Below, piece after piece: positions 48,422-57,044 of a DNA stretch of 64,000 bases. Under the pieces are notes generated by a model that was not told the DNA's origin, searched no databases, and saw only the letters and a list, made by a program, of their open reading frames with translations. The stretch's first letter is position 1. Every line of letters starts with the position of its first letter. The position numbers and the translations under genes are program-made. Origin of the DNA: Bryobacterales bacterium (lineage in GTDB: Bacteria; Acidobacteriota; Terriglobia; Bryobacterales; UBA6623); assembly GCA_965248305.1 (NCBI GenBank), contig OZ252099.1, forward strand, positions 3,117,502-3,181,501. Reading direction: 5' to 3'.

Positions 48422-49085
48422 GTGCGGGGGCGACCCCGGCTGCGAAGCGTACACAGGGAGCCTGTAGGCCGTGTGATTGAGCCTCGAAAGCCCAGACGCG
48501 GAGCCGACGTAGTTATATATGCGGAAGGCAACATCGCGCGCATCGGAGTGGCCGGATGCGAGCGGTCCGCCGGGGTCGAAGAGCAGGGCATGCAGGCAAG
48601 GGTCGCCCAGGAACTTGGGAGACCTCCCCGTCTCCACCGTAAGCAGGCGGCCTGGGCGCCGCGGTAGAAGTGGCCCAGGCCCCGGAGCAGCGCCCCGGCT
48701 CCGGGGAGCGAACGGGGCAACCGGTGGTACCGCCGAGCGAAGGCAACGAAGCGAGGCGGGACGGGCGGGGAGGGGTCGGAGTCCGCTGATAGTACCGGGG
48801 AAGTCGGGGAACCCACCAGGGGACCCGGCGGAGGGAAGCGGCGGATCGGGCTGTGGGGCTTTGCGAGGGACAGATGGCGAGGACATCGAGCCGAGAAGTC
48901 ATCTCAACACGACAAGCGAAGCTAGCGAACTTGGCCTTTCTGGGCCAGCGGGTGCGCGACGGGGTGAATTCACCGCCGCGCAGCGACTCCATAGCTCGAG
49001 GAGCCGGATGCTCGAATTGGGCAAGTCCGGATCTGTGGGAGCCACGGGCGGGTAACTGCCCGTGGCCACCCGGCCAATCCTAACC
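48422..49085 (+). mobile_element. Probable 5' fragment of a group II intron (ribozyme domains I-III/IV plus a decayed start of the intron-encoded RT)
   Basis: It starts with GTGCG (48422-48426). About 450 nt of GC-rich, non-coding-looking sequence follows. Then comes an ORF start MARTSSREVISTRQAKLANLA.., resembling the ..STKQQRIAELA.. N-terminus of bacterial intron RTs. A frameshifted ..FTAAQRL...[10 protein letters not shown] (cf. FTSLAHL...RKDAAxGVDG) follows. No RT body or domains V/VI are present. Confidence 0.4.
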
Positions 49086-49117
49086 AAAGCAACTAATTTA
49101 CAGTTCATTGCAATCGG

Positions 49118-49306
49118 CTACGGGCGCTTGGTTTTCCGTCCTGTGCGCTGGCTGTAGTCCCAGTCGTTCTCGCCCTTGGGCGGTGCTCCCAGCAACGCAC
49201 GCATGACGTTCTCGGGAGTGTCGGGAATCGGCTCGGGCATAGGGTATTTGACCGGACGGCCTCGCGGTCGCTTGGGCTTGTCTGGTGGTTTGGTCATGGA
49301 GTCCAT
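49118..49306 (-). CDS. Small hypothetical protein (62 aa, basic, RGRP AT-hook-like motif)
   Basis: MDSMTKPPDKPKRPRGRPVKYPMPEPIPDTPENVMRALLGAPPKGENDWDY... It lies on the same strand, just downstream of the IS1595-type transposase. Plausible but unsupported by a recognised family. Confidence 0.35.
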   Translation of the reverse strand: MDSMTKPPDKPKRPRGRPVKYPMPEPIPDTPENVMRALLGAPPKGENDWDYSQRTGRKTKRP

Positions 49307-49467
49307 CCTTAAACAATCCCTGGCGCCAGCGACTTCCCCGGCAAGGACTCGGCCACGCGTGCATCCGAGTGCCTTTCCCGCCGTGGACGGTCGTGGCGGG
49401 ATGGCGGCGGAGTCTCAGCGCACGGGCCAGCCCGCAGTGCGCTGAGACTCCGTGTGGCGCGGGCCGC

Positions 49468-50430
49468 TCATAGCGCCATTTCCCGCGCCCCGGAATCCAG
49501 ACCGTTCGCCCGCTTCAGATCCTGGTACCGCAGGCGCTTGCCGCTCATCCGCAGCATGCTGTGTTCCATCTGCTCCAAGGTGTCCGCCATGCGCACATTG
49601 TGCCGTCCCGAGAATTCGTTCACGTAGCGTTGCAGGTGCTTCGGGGACATCTTGTGGTACGTCCCCACATAGCCGCGCTTGAGCATGCTCCAGAACGACT
49701 CCACGCCATTGGTGTGGGCCTTGCCGCGCACATACTCGCTGACCGAGTGCTTGACGGCCGCATGCTCGAACGGCAGCGTCTCGTCGGCACCGGCCTCGTC
49801 GGTATAGACCGTCGCGTGCGGGTCCGCGGAGTCCTTGACGAAGCCTTGCAGCGTTTCCTTGTCGGTGCCCTCAACGGCCTTCGCCACGACCCGATTCGTC
49901 GCGCGATCCTTGGCCCCCACAACCGCCGTCTTGCCGACCGGACCCCGCCCCGTCAGGTCCTTGCGGACATGCTTCGGCATGTTCTTGCGCTTGCCGCCCA
50001 GGTAGGTCTCGTCCACCTCGACGGGTCCGCCAAACAGCCCCTCGCCCCGCTCCCAGGTCTCGCGGATGCGATGCGCCAGGTGCCAAGCCGATTTCTGCGT
50101 GATGTCCAGGTCCCGGTGCAGCTTCATGCTGGAGTCTCCCTTCAGATTCGTTGTCAGCATGTAAGCCGCGAGCACCCATTTCTGCGCGCCGAGGTTCGAG
50201 TTCTGCATGACGGTGCCGGTGCGCACCGAGAAGAACTTGCGGCACTTCCGGCAGCGATAGCTCATGTTCGGATGCTGCGCCCCGCACTGGACGTTCGTGG
50301 ATTCGCAATGCGGGCAGGTCGCCCCGTTCGGCCAGCGAATCGAGGCAATCCAATCCTCCGCGGACTTATCGTCTGGGAATAGCCGGATCAGCTGAACGAT
50401 GGAAATGCCCTTGCGGCGGGCCTTGCCCGG
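49468..50430 (-). CDS. IS1595-family (ISXO2-like) transposase; the N-terminal zinc-ribbon region lies upstream of the first canonical start
   Basis: Track ORF 49468-50265 has ..VEVDETYLGGKRK..AVVGAKDR..VYTDEAGADE..HTNGVESFWSMLKRGY..H.. (IS1595 DDE). The same frame is open to ~50440 and encodes ..KGISIVQLIRLFPDDKSAEDWIASIRWPNGATCPHCESTNVQCG.., the normal N-terminus of this family. That stretch contains no ATG/GTG/TTG. Confidence 0.75.
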   Translation of the reverse strand, partial: PGKARRKGISIVQLIRLFPDDKSAEDWIASIRWPNGATCPHCESTNVQCGAQHPNMSYRCRKCRKFFSVRTGTVMQNSNLGAQKWVLAAYMLTTNLKGDSSMKLHRDLDITQKSAWHLAHRIRETWERGEGLFGGPVEVDETYLGGKRKNMPKHVRKDLTGRGPVGKTAVVGAKDRATNRVVAKAVEGTDKETLQGFVKDSADPHATVYTDEAGADETLPFEHAAVKHSVSEYVRGKAHTNGVESFWSMLKRGYVGTYHKMSPKHLQRYVNEFSGRHNVRMADTLEQMEHSMLRMSGKRLRYQDLKRANGLDSGAREMAL

Positions 50431-51155
50431 TCCCGGATGATCGTGATCCTGCGCGCCCTCATAACAATACTATCGTAACCAATACAGCGCCGGACGTCAA
50501 GCGATATCAATGAGTTATAGATGGATTGCCTAGGTTTTTCCTACAAGCAGAGCTGGTTGCTTTGGTTAGGATTGTATATAAGCCCCATCGACTACACGTT
50601 GCTCGCCGAGGATGGGGCGGAACTCTCCGTCCCAAGCATCCTCATCAGGAAGTCCATCGATTCGCCCCACCGCGAGTTCCGCCGCCTTGCGTGCGAGTTC
50701 GAGCATGAGATCGGGAGCCATGCTAACGCCATCGCGCATCTCATCATGTGCGCCCCCACTCGGCTCATTCCCGCCTTCCGCTCGGCCGGATGTCTGGCGC
50801 TCATCCTGCGACCGTCCCATCTATCGCGCTCGCCGCTTCCCCAGAATCGCCATCCAGGAACGCGGCCAGCGTACCGTCGGCGGGACAGCCGATCCCGCCT
50901 GAAGCATTCTCTTCGCGTCAGACGGTCCGGCTCGGGGCGCTTGCACCCAGTCGGCTGGCCCAACGCAACGCCGGACGCCCTGAACAGCACCGCAGCGGGC
51001 AATCCCGGAAACCCGCGAATTCCGACTACGGGGCTATTGGACAGGGCGAGGAGCCGGACCCCTGCGGACTTGTCCGGACTCTGATTCTCTGTGCGCCTCG
51101 TATCGCGGAGCCCGGCTGCAGGGCGCGAACCACTCAAGATCGAGATCGGACCAGA

Positions 51156-52637
51156 CTAGTCCACTGACGACGGCTCGATCGCTCGGTCGTAGCGCAGTTC
51201 TCCGCCTTGAAGGCGCAGCAGCTTCGGCGCTCGGGAGCCCGTCCGAAACCTTGCAGGAACTTGGGCATCGATCCGGTCGAAGATCGCCTTGAGACGCTGG
51301 ACAGTATCGGGATGGTCTGAAGCGACATCGCGCTGTTCGGACCAGTCCGCTTCCATGTCGAACAGCATCAGCGGCTTGGGTGCCGGACCGGTTTGGACTC
51401 CCGGGCACTGCGTGGGATCGGCCTGCTCGAATTGCGCGATGATCGTGACGCCGTCCGGACCGCGCGGGTCCTTCCAACCGCTCGCGTCCTCCAGGCAGCG
51501 GAAGCCAGGCTGGGGAGAGCGGACGTGCAGCTTCCAACGCCCGGACCGGATCAGCTTCAGCTCCGTCCCACCCATAGCGTAGACGGCTTCGTGCGGTGAG
51601 GCTTCGGCGCTGCCCTCCAAGAGGGTCAAGATGTTCTTCCCGTCGATCACCCGGTCGGTTGGCAGGTGCGCGCCTGCCGCGCGAACGATTGTCGGGAAAA
51701 CGTCAATTGACCCCAGCACTGCCCCCGACACCAGGCCCGGTGGAATCCGGCCGGGCCATCGCGCGATCGCCGGCACGCGGACACCGCCATCAAAATTGGA
51801 CGCTTTCATGGCCCGCAGGCCGCCGTTGTCGCCGCCGAAAGTCGCACCGTTGTCAGACGTGAAGAAGACGAGAGTGTCCTCCTCGAGGCCGCTCGCGCGC
51901 AATTCGGACAAGACCTGTCCCACCGACCAGTCCAATTCCCGGATGACATCGCTATACAGGTCGCTCGGCGTCTCCGGGGTATAGAAGTCATCCGAGGCGG
52001 CGAGCGGCTTGTGCGGCATCGCGTGAGGGATATACAGGAAGAACGGCTGGTCCCGGTGCCGTCTGATGAAATCGATGGCCCTGCGAGTGTAATCGCGGGT
52101 CAGCTCCGATTGCAGGACCGGGTACTGCACTACAGTTTCGTTCTCAACCAGTTGGACTGGTCTCATATCGTTGGAGTAGAGAATGCCGTAGTACTCGTCA
52201 AAGCCCTGCGTGCGCGGCAGGTATTCTTCGACATGGCCGAGGTGCCACTTCCCGATCGCAGCGGTAGCGTATCCCAAGGGCTTCAAGGCTTCGGCGATCG
52301 TGATCTCCGACTGGGGCAGGCCGACGTCGTTTCGTCCGGCATCTGGTGAGGGGTTTACGACCAATCCATTGCGAAAGGGATAGCGGCCAGTCAACAGGGT
52401 GGCTCTGGAGGGGCCGCAGAATGGCACCGGCACGTAGAAATCGGTGAGGCGGATGCCGTCGGCGGCCATGCGGTCGAGGTGCGGGGTGCGGTGCGCGAGA
52501 GCGCCGTAGGAGGACAGGTCTCCGTAGCCCAAATCGTCGGCAAGGATCAGCACGAAGTTCGGAGGCCGCTGCGCATGGAGAGGCATCCAGAGTAGAGACG
52601 CGAGCGCAATTGGTAACAACGGCAAGCAGCGCAACAT
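51156..52637 (-). CDS. Formylglycine-dependent sulfatase (arylsulfatase A family)
   Basis: The track ORF 51156-53264 is over-extended. ATG at 52637 gives MLRCLPLLPIALASLLWMPLHAQRPPNFVLILADDLGYGDLSSYG...FCGPSRATLLTGRYP (C-x-P-x-R), 493 aa. Confidence 0.9.
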   Translation of the reverse strand: MLRCLPLLPIALASLLWMPLHAQRPPNFVLILADDLGYGDLSSYGALAHRTPHLDRMAADGIRLTDFYVPVPFCGPSRATLLTGRYPFRNGLVVNPSPDAGRNDVGLPQSEITIAEALKPLGYATAAIGKWHLGHVEEYLPRTQGFDEYYGILYSNDMRPVQLVENETVVQYPVLQSELTRDYTRRAIDFIRRHRDQPFFLYIPHAMPHKPLAASDDFYTPETPSDLYSDVIRELDWSVGQVLSELRASGLEEDTLVFFTSDNGATFGGDNGGLRAMKASNFDGGVRVPAIARWPGRIPPGLVSGAVLGSIDVFPTIVRAAGAHLPTDRVIDGKNILTLLEGSAEASPHEAVYAMGGTELKLIRSGRWKLHVRSPQPGFRCLEDASGWKDPRGPDGVTIIAQFEQADPTQCPGVQTGPAPKPLMLFDMEADWSEQRDVASDHPDTVQRLKAIFDRIDAQVPARFRTGSRAPKLLRLQGGELRYDRAIEPSSVD

Positions 52638-52792
52638 GATGGTCAAGAGTGTATTACAGCGAGGCCGCCCTTCCCAAATGTACGGGTGGCCGCAGTTTGG
52701 CGCGGTACCGTAGCATGCGATTAGCGCCCGAGAACGAGCAGTTCGGCTGAGGACAGCTCCGGTCCACCTCCACGTCCCTCGCTTCCAACGGC

Positions 52793-53790
52793 TTAGTAGA
52801 TCTCGGCATCCAACACAGCAGCTCCGCCGCCGTGCCTTCCTTGATTCAGCGGGGCGATCAGCCTCCATTCGCCAGTGGCCAGGTCGAAGGCTTGAGTTTC
52901 GGAATGCGCCAGCTTCTGCGCGGCTTTGCCGCCGAAATAGTAAATCGAACCGTCCAAGCCGACAAGACCGCCGTCGCCACGGGCAACCTGGACGGCATTG
53001 TCGTCCACTGCCCGCTCTGGAAATCGTAGACGTCGACCTTGCGAATGGCTGTCTTGAAAAAGGCCGTGAAGTCGCCCGGCTCGTGGTAGCTTGTGTCACG
53101 GCCACCCACCAGATAGAGCCGACCACCGCTGACAACCGCTGAGAAATGATCCAGGACCCGCGGAGCGTCCGGCAGGTGGCGCCACTTCCCAGTCTCCGGG
53201 ACCAAGTCGTCAAATCAGGCGATAGTGCCACTGGTGTGTCCGTCGACGATGCCGCAAACCACATAGATCTTGCCTTCGTGCGTCACTGTGCCCGCGCCGC
53301 CTCGCCTGCGCTCGGAAGGGAATGCCGGGCCTTGCCGCCAGGTATCGCTATCGGCGTCGTAGATGTAAACGGTCCCCAGTGGCATCTGGACGAGCACAAA
53401 CCGGGCACGGCTTGGTCTGCAACTTCGATGATCGGGGATGCGCTGGAGAGGTCCGCCCGGGTGCAACAGCGGTGGTGGGAAGGTGGGTCCCTGGCCGGGC
53501 CGAAGCGATCTAACGAGGTGTAGTCGGTCGTCTGCATGGGGCAGTTCCGGACCGCTGCCGGGCAGTGGCACTGTCCGGTGACGGTTGTGGACAGGTACAG
53601 CCGATATGCTGCTTGCCTGTGCTGATCACAGGCTGCCTAGTCGGTAGGAACCCCGGACGAGTTTCGAGCAACTGTGCGGGGGGCTCTTCTGCAGACAGCG
53701 AGGGCGCCATTCAGGACGGTACGAAACCCGTCAACGGTCCCACGGGTGGGCAGGCTGGCCAAGGTTTGCTTGCGGGTGTGCTTGCTCACC
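52793..53790 (-). pseudogene. Kelch-repeat protein gene with a nonsense mutation and frameshift(s)
   Basis: Kelch blades are spread over broken frames. ..GTVYIYDADSDTWRQGPAFPSERRRGGAGTVTHEGKIYVVCG..TIA is followed by an in-frame TGA (53215-53217). Then comes FDDLVPETGKWRHLPDAPRVLDHFSAVVSGGRLYLVGG..VDVYDFQSGQWTTMPSRLPVA. A frameshift near 52975-52990 leads into RGDGGLVGLDGSIYYFGG..FDLATGEWRLIAPL... The 5' boundary is approximate. Confidence 0.7.
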
Positions 53791-53992
53791 TGCTGATTTA
53801 CAGTCTAGTGACTATTCCTTAATGAACATCTTTACTGCGCCTGAGGACTGGACTCAGCCCAATCCGTGACAGCCACGCAACACCGAGGAGCGTGTCCTCG
53901 CATGGGTGGGACCATGGCGGGAAAATCACTTGGTACCCTGAGGATCTGCGGCAGAGCTACCCTGTAGCACTACTGGCGGTCGATTTCAAACT

Positions 53993-55180
53993 GTGTCCTC
54001 GCTGTCCTGGATAGATTTCGATGAGAACGAGCGTCAGCGGGTGCGCGGAATTATCGCCCTGTTTGAAGAGAAGGAGGCGCGGGATGAACTCGGCCTAGGA
54101 CCAATCCGTGACTCCATTGCCGACCATTTGTTTCCTGGCACGAGCACAATCCAGACACGCTTACGTTACATGTTCTTCGTTCCCTGGATTTATATGATGG
54201 TCGAGAAGATCGACACCCAGCCCCACAAACTTGTGGAGAAAGCGAGAAGCCTGGAGATCAGCCTGATCGATAGCCTCCGAAGCGGTGGTGAAAAGGAAGG
54301 TGTTATCGGCCGAACCGCAGGCACCAGCCTGAAGCGCCTACCAAGTTCGGTCTACTGGAACGGTCTCAAGAGTTGGGGCATTCGCCTTTTCCCAGGTTCA
54401 CAAGAAGCCTACTTCGCCTCACTGCCCAGCTTGCGTCGGCATCGACACCGTTCTACGTCGGCGGACGATTCCTCAGCGACCGACAGTTTCGATAAGAATC
54501 TTTGGAGTCCGAGTCTAATGGGGCCACCACCAGACTTACTGGAGCGGACAGACTTCGGCCTGACGCACGACGAAGCCGGCTTCCTGATCGACCGCTTGGT
54601 CAACTCACAGCCGGACAGCCTCCTTACACACCTCGCTAGATCTCCCCGCCAAGTCGAGTGCGAATTCGTTTGGACTCACCCCGACTTCTCTGCGTTCCCT
54701 CCAACAGCAAAGGGGCTGGTCGAGCACGCTCAGGTTTTCTCCGCCGTGCTGCATGGTGCCTCCCTGCTCTACAACCTGATGCTGGCAGAATGCCACAAGA
54801 ACGAGGACTGGATCGAGCGATACCGATCTGAACTCTACCAATGGAAAACCGACGAATTCCAACAGACGGCTATTTCCGACTGGTCCTTGCACGACTTTTG
54901 GGACTGTATCGCGCATCAGAACCATCGAGTCCAAGACCGAGCTCGAGCGTTCGTAGAGCGGTGGTGCGAACTCGCACATGAGAAGAGTGGCGACGTAGCC
55001 GATCTCGAATCAGCGCGGGAGCTGGTGCGGGAACGCGAGAAATCACTCAAGCGTACGCAATCTCGTTTCGTCAATCACGCAGTCCTCGCTAGGTGGGGAG
55101 GCCGCTCGGGTGCAGACCGCCTGAACTTTCGCTGGCGCGAAGCCAACAGCCACATCCGGGATTTAGCCAATGCCCTCTGA
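53993..55180 (+). CDS. Hypothetical protein, first gene of the three-gene operon (no assignable domain)
   Basis: 395 aa with a GTG start (the first start-like codon after the in-frame TGA at 53939-53941). Composition is protein-like. A conserved-looking N-terminal block is present: DELGLGPIRDSIADHLFPGTSTIQTRLRYMFFVPWIY. The stop overlaps the next ATG by 11 nt. Confidence 0.75.
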   Translation: MSSLSWIDFDENERQRVRGIIALFEEKEARDELGLGPIRDSIADHLFPGTSTIQTRLRYMFFVPWIYMMVEKIDTQPHKLVEKARSLEISLIDSLRSGGEKEGVIGRTAGTSLKRLPSSVYWNGLKSWGIRLFPGSQEAYFASLPSLRRHRHRSTSADDSSATDSFDKNLWSPSLMGPPPDLLERTDFGLTHDEAGFLIDRLVNSQPDSLLTHLARSPRQVECEFVWTHPDFSAFPPTAKGLVEHAQVFSAVLHGASLLYNLMLAECHKNEDWIERYRSELYQWKTDEFQQTAISDWSLHDFWDCIAHQNHRVQDRARAFVERWCELAHEKSGDVADLESARELVREREKSLKRTQSRFVNHAVLARWGGRSGADRLNFRWREANSHIRDLANAL

Positions 55181-57044
55181 CCTGCCGCTGCACCCCGATG
55201 TCCGCGATCTATATGCTGCCAGCCTCCGCCCACCTCCCGGATTCGTTTTTGACGCAGGTGTCGCAACCACCTTCTCGCTCGATCTCGAGACTGCACTCGC
55301 CGTGCCGGTCGCGCTGGCGCTATTCTCCTCCGAGAATACGGAGGAGCTGCTTAAGAGCCCCCTCGCTCTGCTGGAGGGGCTGGAGCGGACCGCCGAGCGG
55401 CTAGCGATTTTCTGCGAGGGAGGCCGGATCCAAGCTCAGCCTGCGCCGCAGTCTAGGCTCTGCACTCTGCTTGAGCGCCTCATCACCGAAGTGGCCGCCC
55501 CGCGAGGGGGCTCGTTCCATCCGAAGCTCTGGGCGCTGCGCTACCGTCCCCGAGAGGCGGGAAAACTGGTCCGGATGCGTCTGCTCGTCCTATCGCGAAA
55601 CCTTACGCGCGACCGATCCTGGGACATCTCGCTCTGCTTGGATGGCGAGATAGGGCGCAGAATGCGCACAGTCAATTGGCCGCTTGTCAATCTCCTCCAA
55701 GCCATTCCCTCAATGGCCCGGGGTGCTCCTCCGCCGAAGCATCTGCCCGAACTCTTGGCAGGGCTGACGGAAGACTTGCACCGCACGGTTTGGGAATTGC
55801 CGGACCCGTTCGAGAAAATTTCCTTTGCCGTGAATGGCATCGGGCGTAGCCCGTGGAAACCCCAACGCTGTTATCGCCTGGGCATCGTCTCACCGTTTTG
55901 TGACACCGCGGCCCTAGAGACGCTCGCCGACCTAGCCGACCAGCCTTCTCGGCTCATCGGTAGATCCGAGGAATTGGTGGCCGTCGCTCGTGAAGTGCTT
56001 GATCGCTTCGAGGGAGTATTCGTCATGGACGAACTCGCGGAGACGGAAGCTGGCGAGACCGACGACAGTGGCAACGGGACTTCCCCTTACCTCACCGGCC
56101 TTCATGCCAAGGCCTTCGTGCAGGAGATCGGCTGGAACACCGCCATCACAATTGGCTCCGGAAATGCGACCCGGCCAGGACTCGTTACGCGCCGCAACGT
56201 CGAAGTCTTCGCAACGCTGACCGGGAAACGATCCAAGGTCGGTAGCGTCGACAAGATCTTTGGACCGGATGGCTTCGGGCGCGTGCTACGTCCATTCCGG
56301 CAAGCCGAAATCAGTCCCATTGACCAAGACATCCTGAACGCGGAGCGAAGGGTCGAGGACGCTCGGCGCGAGCTAGCTCAAGCCGACTTGGCGCTCAGCT
56401 GCACGGCGGTGACCGACGAACAAGAAGGGCAGAGGCTCTGGAGAGTGACACTTTCGTCCAACCGTGCGCTGAAACTCGAAGGGCTTGCAACGGCAGCCTG
56501 CTGGCCTGTTACTCGGGGTGAGGCCCATGCACGTGAACTCTTGACACCGCTGCGTCAGGGAGACCCGGTGGAGATCGGCACCTTGCCTCTGGGCGACGTG
56601 ACGAGATTCCTCGCCTTCCGCCTTACCGATTCCCTACACAGGAAGGCGACCGCCCTCTTTGCATTGGGCTTCAGAATCGAAGGGCTGCCAACAAACCGAC
56701 ACCAGGCCGTGTTGAGGCACGTATTGGACAGCAGAGAAGCATTTCTTCGCTATCTGCGCTTGTTGCTCGCAGATCTAGCCGATCCGTTGTCCGCGCAATT
56801 CGCTTCTGCTCCGACAGATGGTGCCGGAAACTGGCGTGCGGCGGCTGATGACGAGCCGATTCTAGAGGACATGGTGCGGGCACTGTCGCATGGTCGCGAC
56901 CGCCTAGATTCAGTGCGCCGCCTGATGGAACGTCTTGAACAGGTGCCCGGTGACGGGGATGTAGCGCTCGTTCCGGAGGACTTCAGGGAGTTGTGGGACG
57001 CATTCCGCATGGTTCTAGACGAGCAAGGTCAGACCAATGCCTGA
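55170..57044 (+). CDS. Phospholipase D-superfamily (two-HKD) putative nuclease
   Basis: 624 aa. The first motif is GGSFH117PK119LWAL..LVLS142RN144LT. The second is TGLH312AK314AFVQEIGWNTAITIGS330GN332AT, i.e. H-x-K..(G)S-x-N twice. His codons were checked at 55518-55520 and 56103-56105. Confidence 0.85.
   Translation: MPSDLPLHPDVRDLYAASLRPPPGFVFDAGVATTFSLDLETALAVPVALALFSSENTEELLKSPLALLEGLERTAERLAIFCEGGRIQAQPAPQSRLCTLLERLITEVAAPRGGSFHPKLWALRYRPREAGKLVRMRLLVLSRNLTRDRSWDISLCLDGEIGRRMRTVNWPLVNLLQAIPSMARGAPPPKHLPELLAGLTEDLHRTVWELPDPFEKISFAVNGIGRSPWKPQRCYRLGIVSPFCDTAALETLADLADQPSRLIGRSEELVAVAREVLDRFEGVFVMDELAETEAGETDDSGNGTSPYLTGLHAKAFVQEIGWNTAITIGSGNATRPGLVTRRNVEVFATLTGKRSKVGSVDKIFGPDGFGRVLRPFRQAEISPIDQDILNAERRVEDARRELAQADLALSCTAVTDEQEGQRLWRVTLSSNRALKLEGLATAACWPVTRGEAHARELLTPLRQGDPVEIGTLPLGDVTRFLAFRLTDSLHRKATALFALGFRIEGLPTNRHQAVLRHVLDSREAFLRYLRLLLADLADPLSAQFASAPTDGAGNWRAAADDEPILEDMVRALSHGRDRLDSVRRLMERLEQVPGDGDVALVPEDFRELWDAFRMVLDEQGQTNA

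Noticed and set aside
50566-50820. 84-aa ORF (..MAPDLMLELARKAAELAVGRIDGLPDEDAWDGEF..) that vaguely resembles the N-terminus of a PLP-dependent decarboxylase/aminotransferase.
   Set aside because: The similarity is too weak and short to support a call. It is probably another gene fragment next to the IS1595 copy.
52638-53264. 5' extension of the sulfatase ORF 51156-53264. The analogous extensions are 1164-1409 (DUF5916-type gene) and 35931-36233 (Rpn-like gene).
   Set aside because: In each case an internal ATG is followed by a signal peptide or the conserved family N-terminus. The extensions are compositionally non-protein-like or overlap the Kelch pseudogene.
53797-53825. TTTACA-17 nt-TAATGA as a sigma70-like promoter for the three-gene operon.
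   Set aside because: The -10 match is poor (TAATGA versus TATAAT), it is ~170 nt from the start codon, and the promoter consensus of the likely host phylum may differ. It is mentioned only as a place to start 5' RACE.
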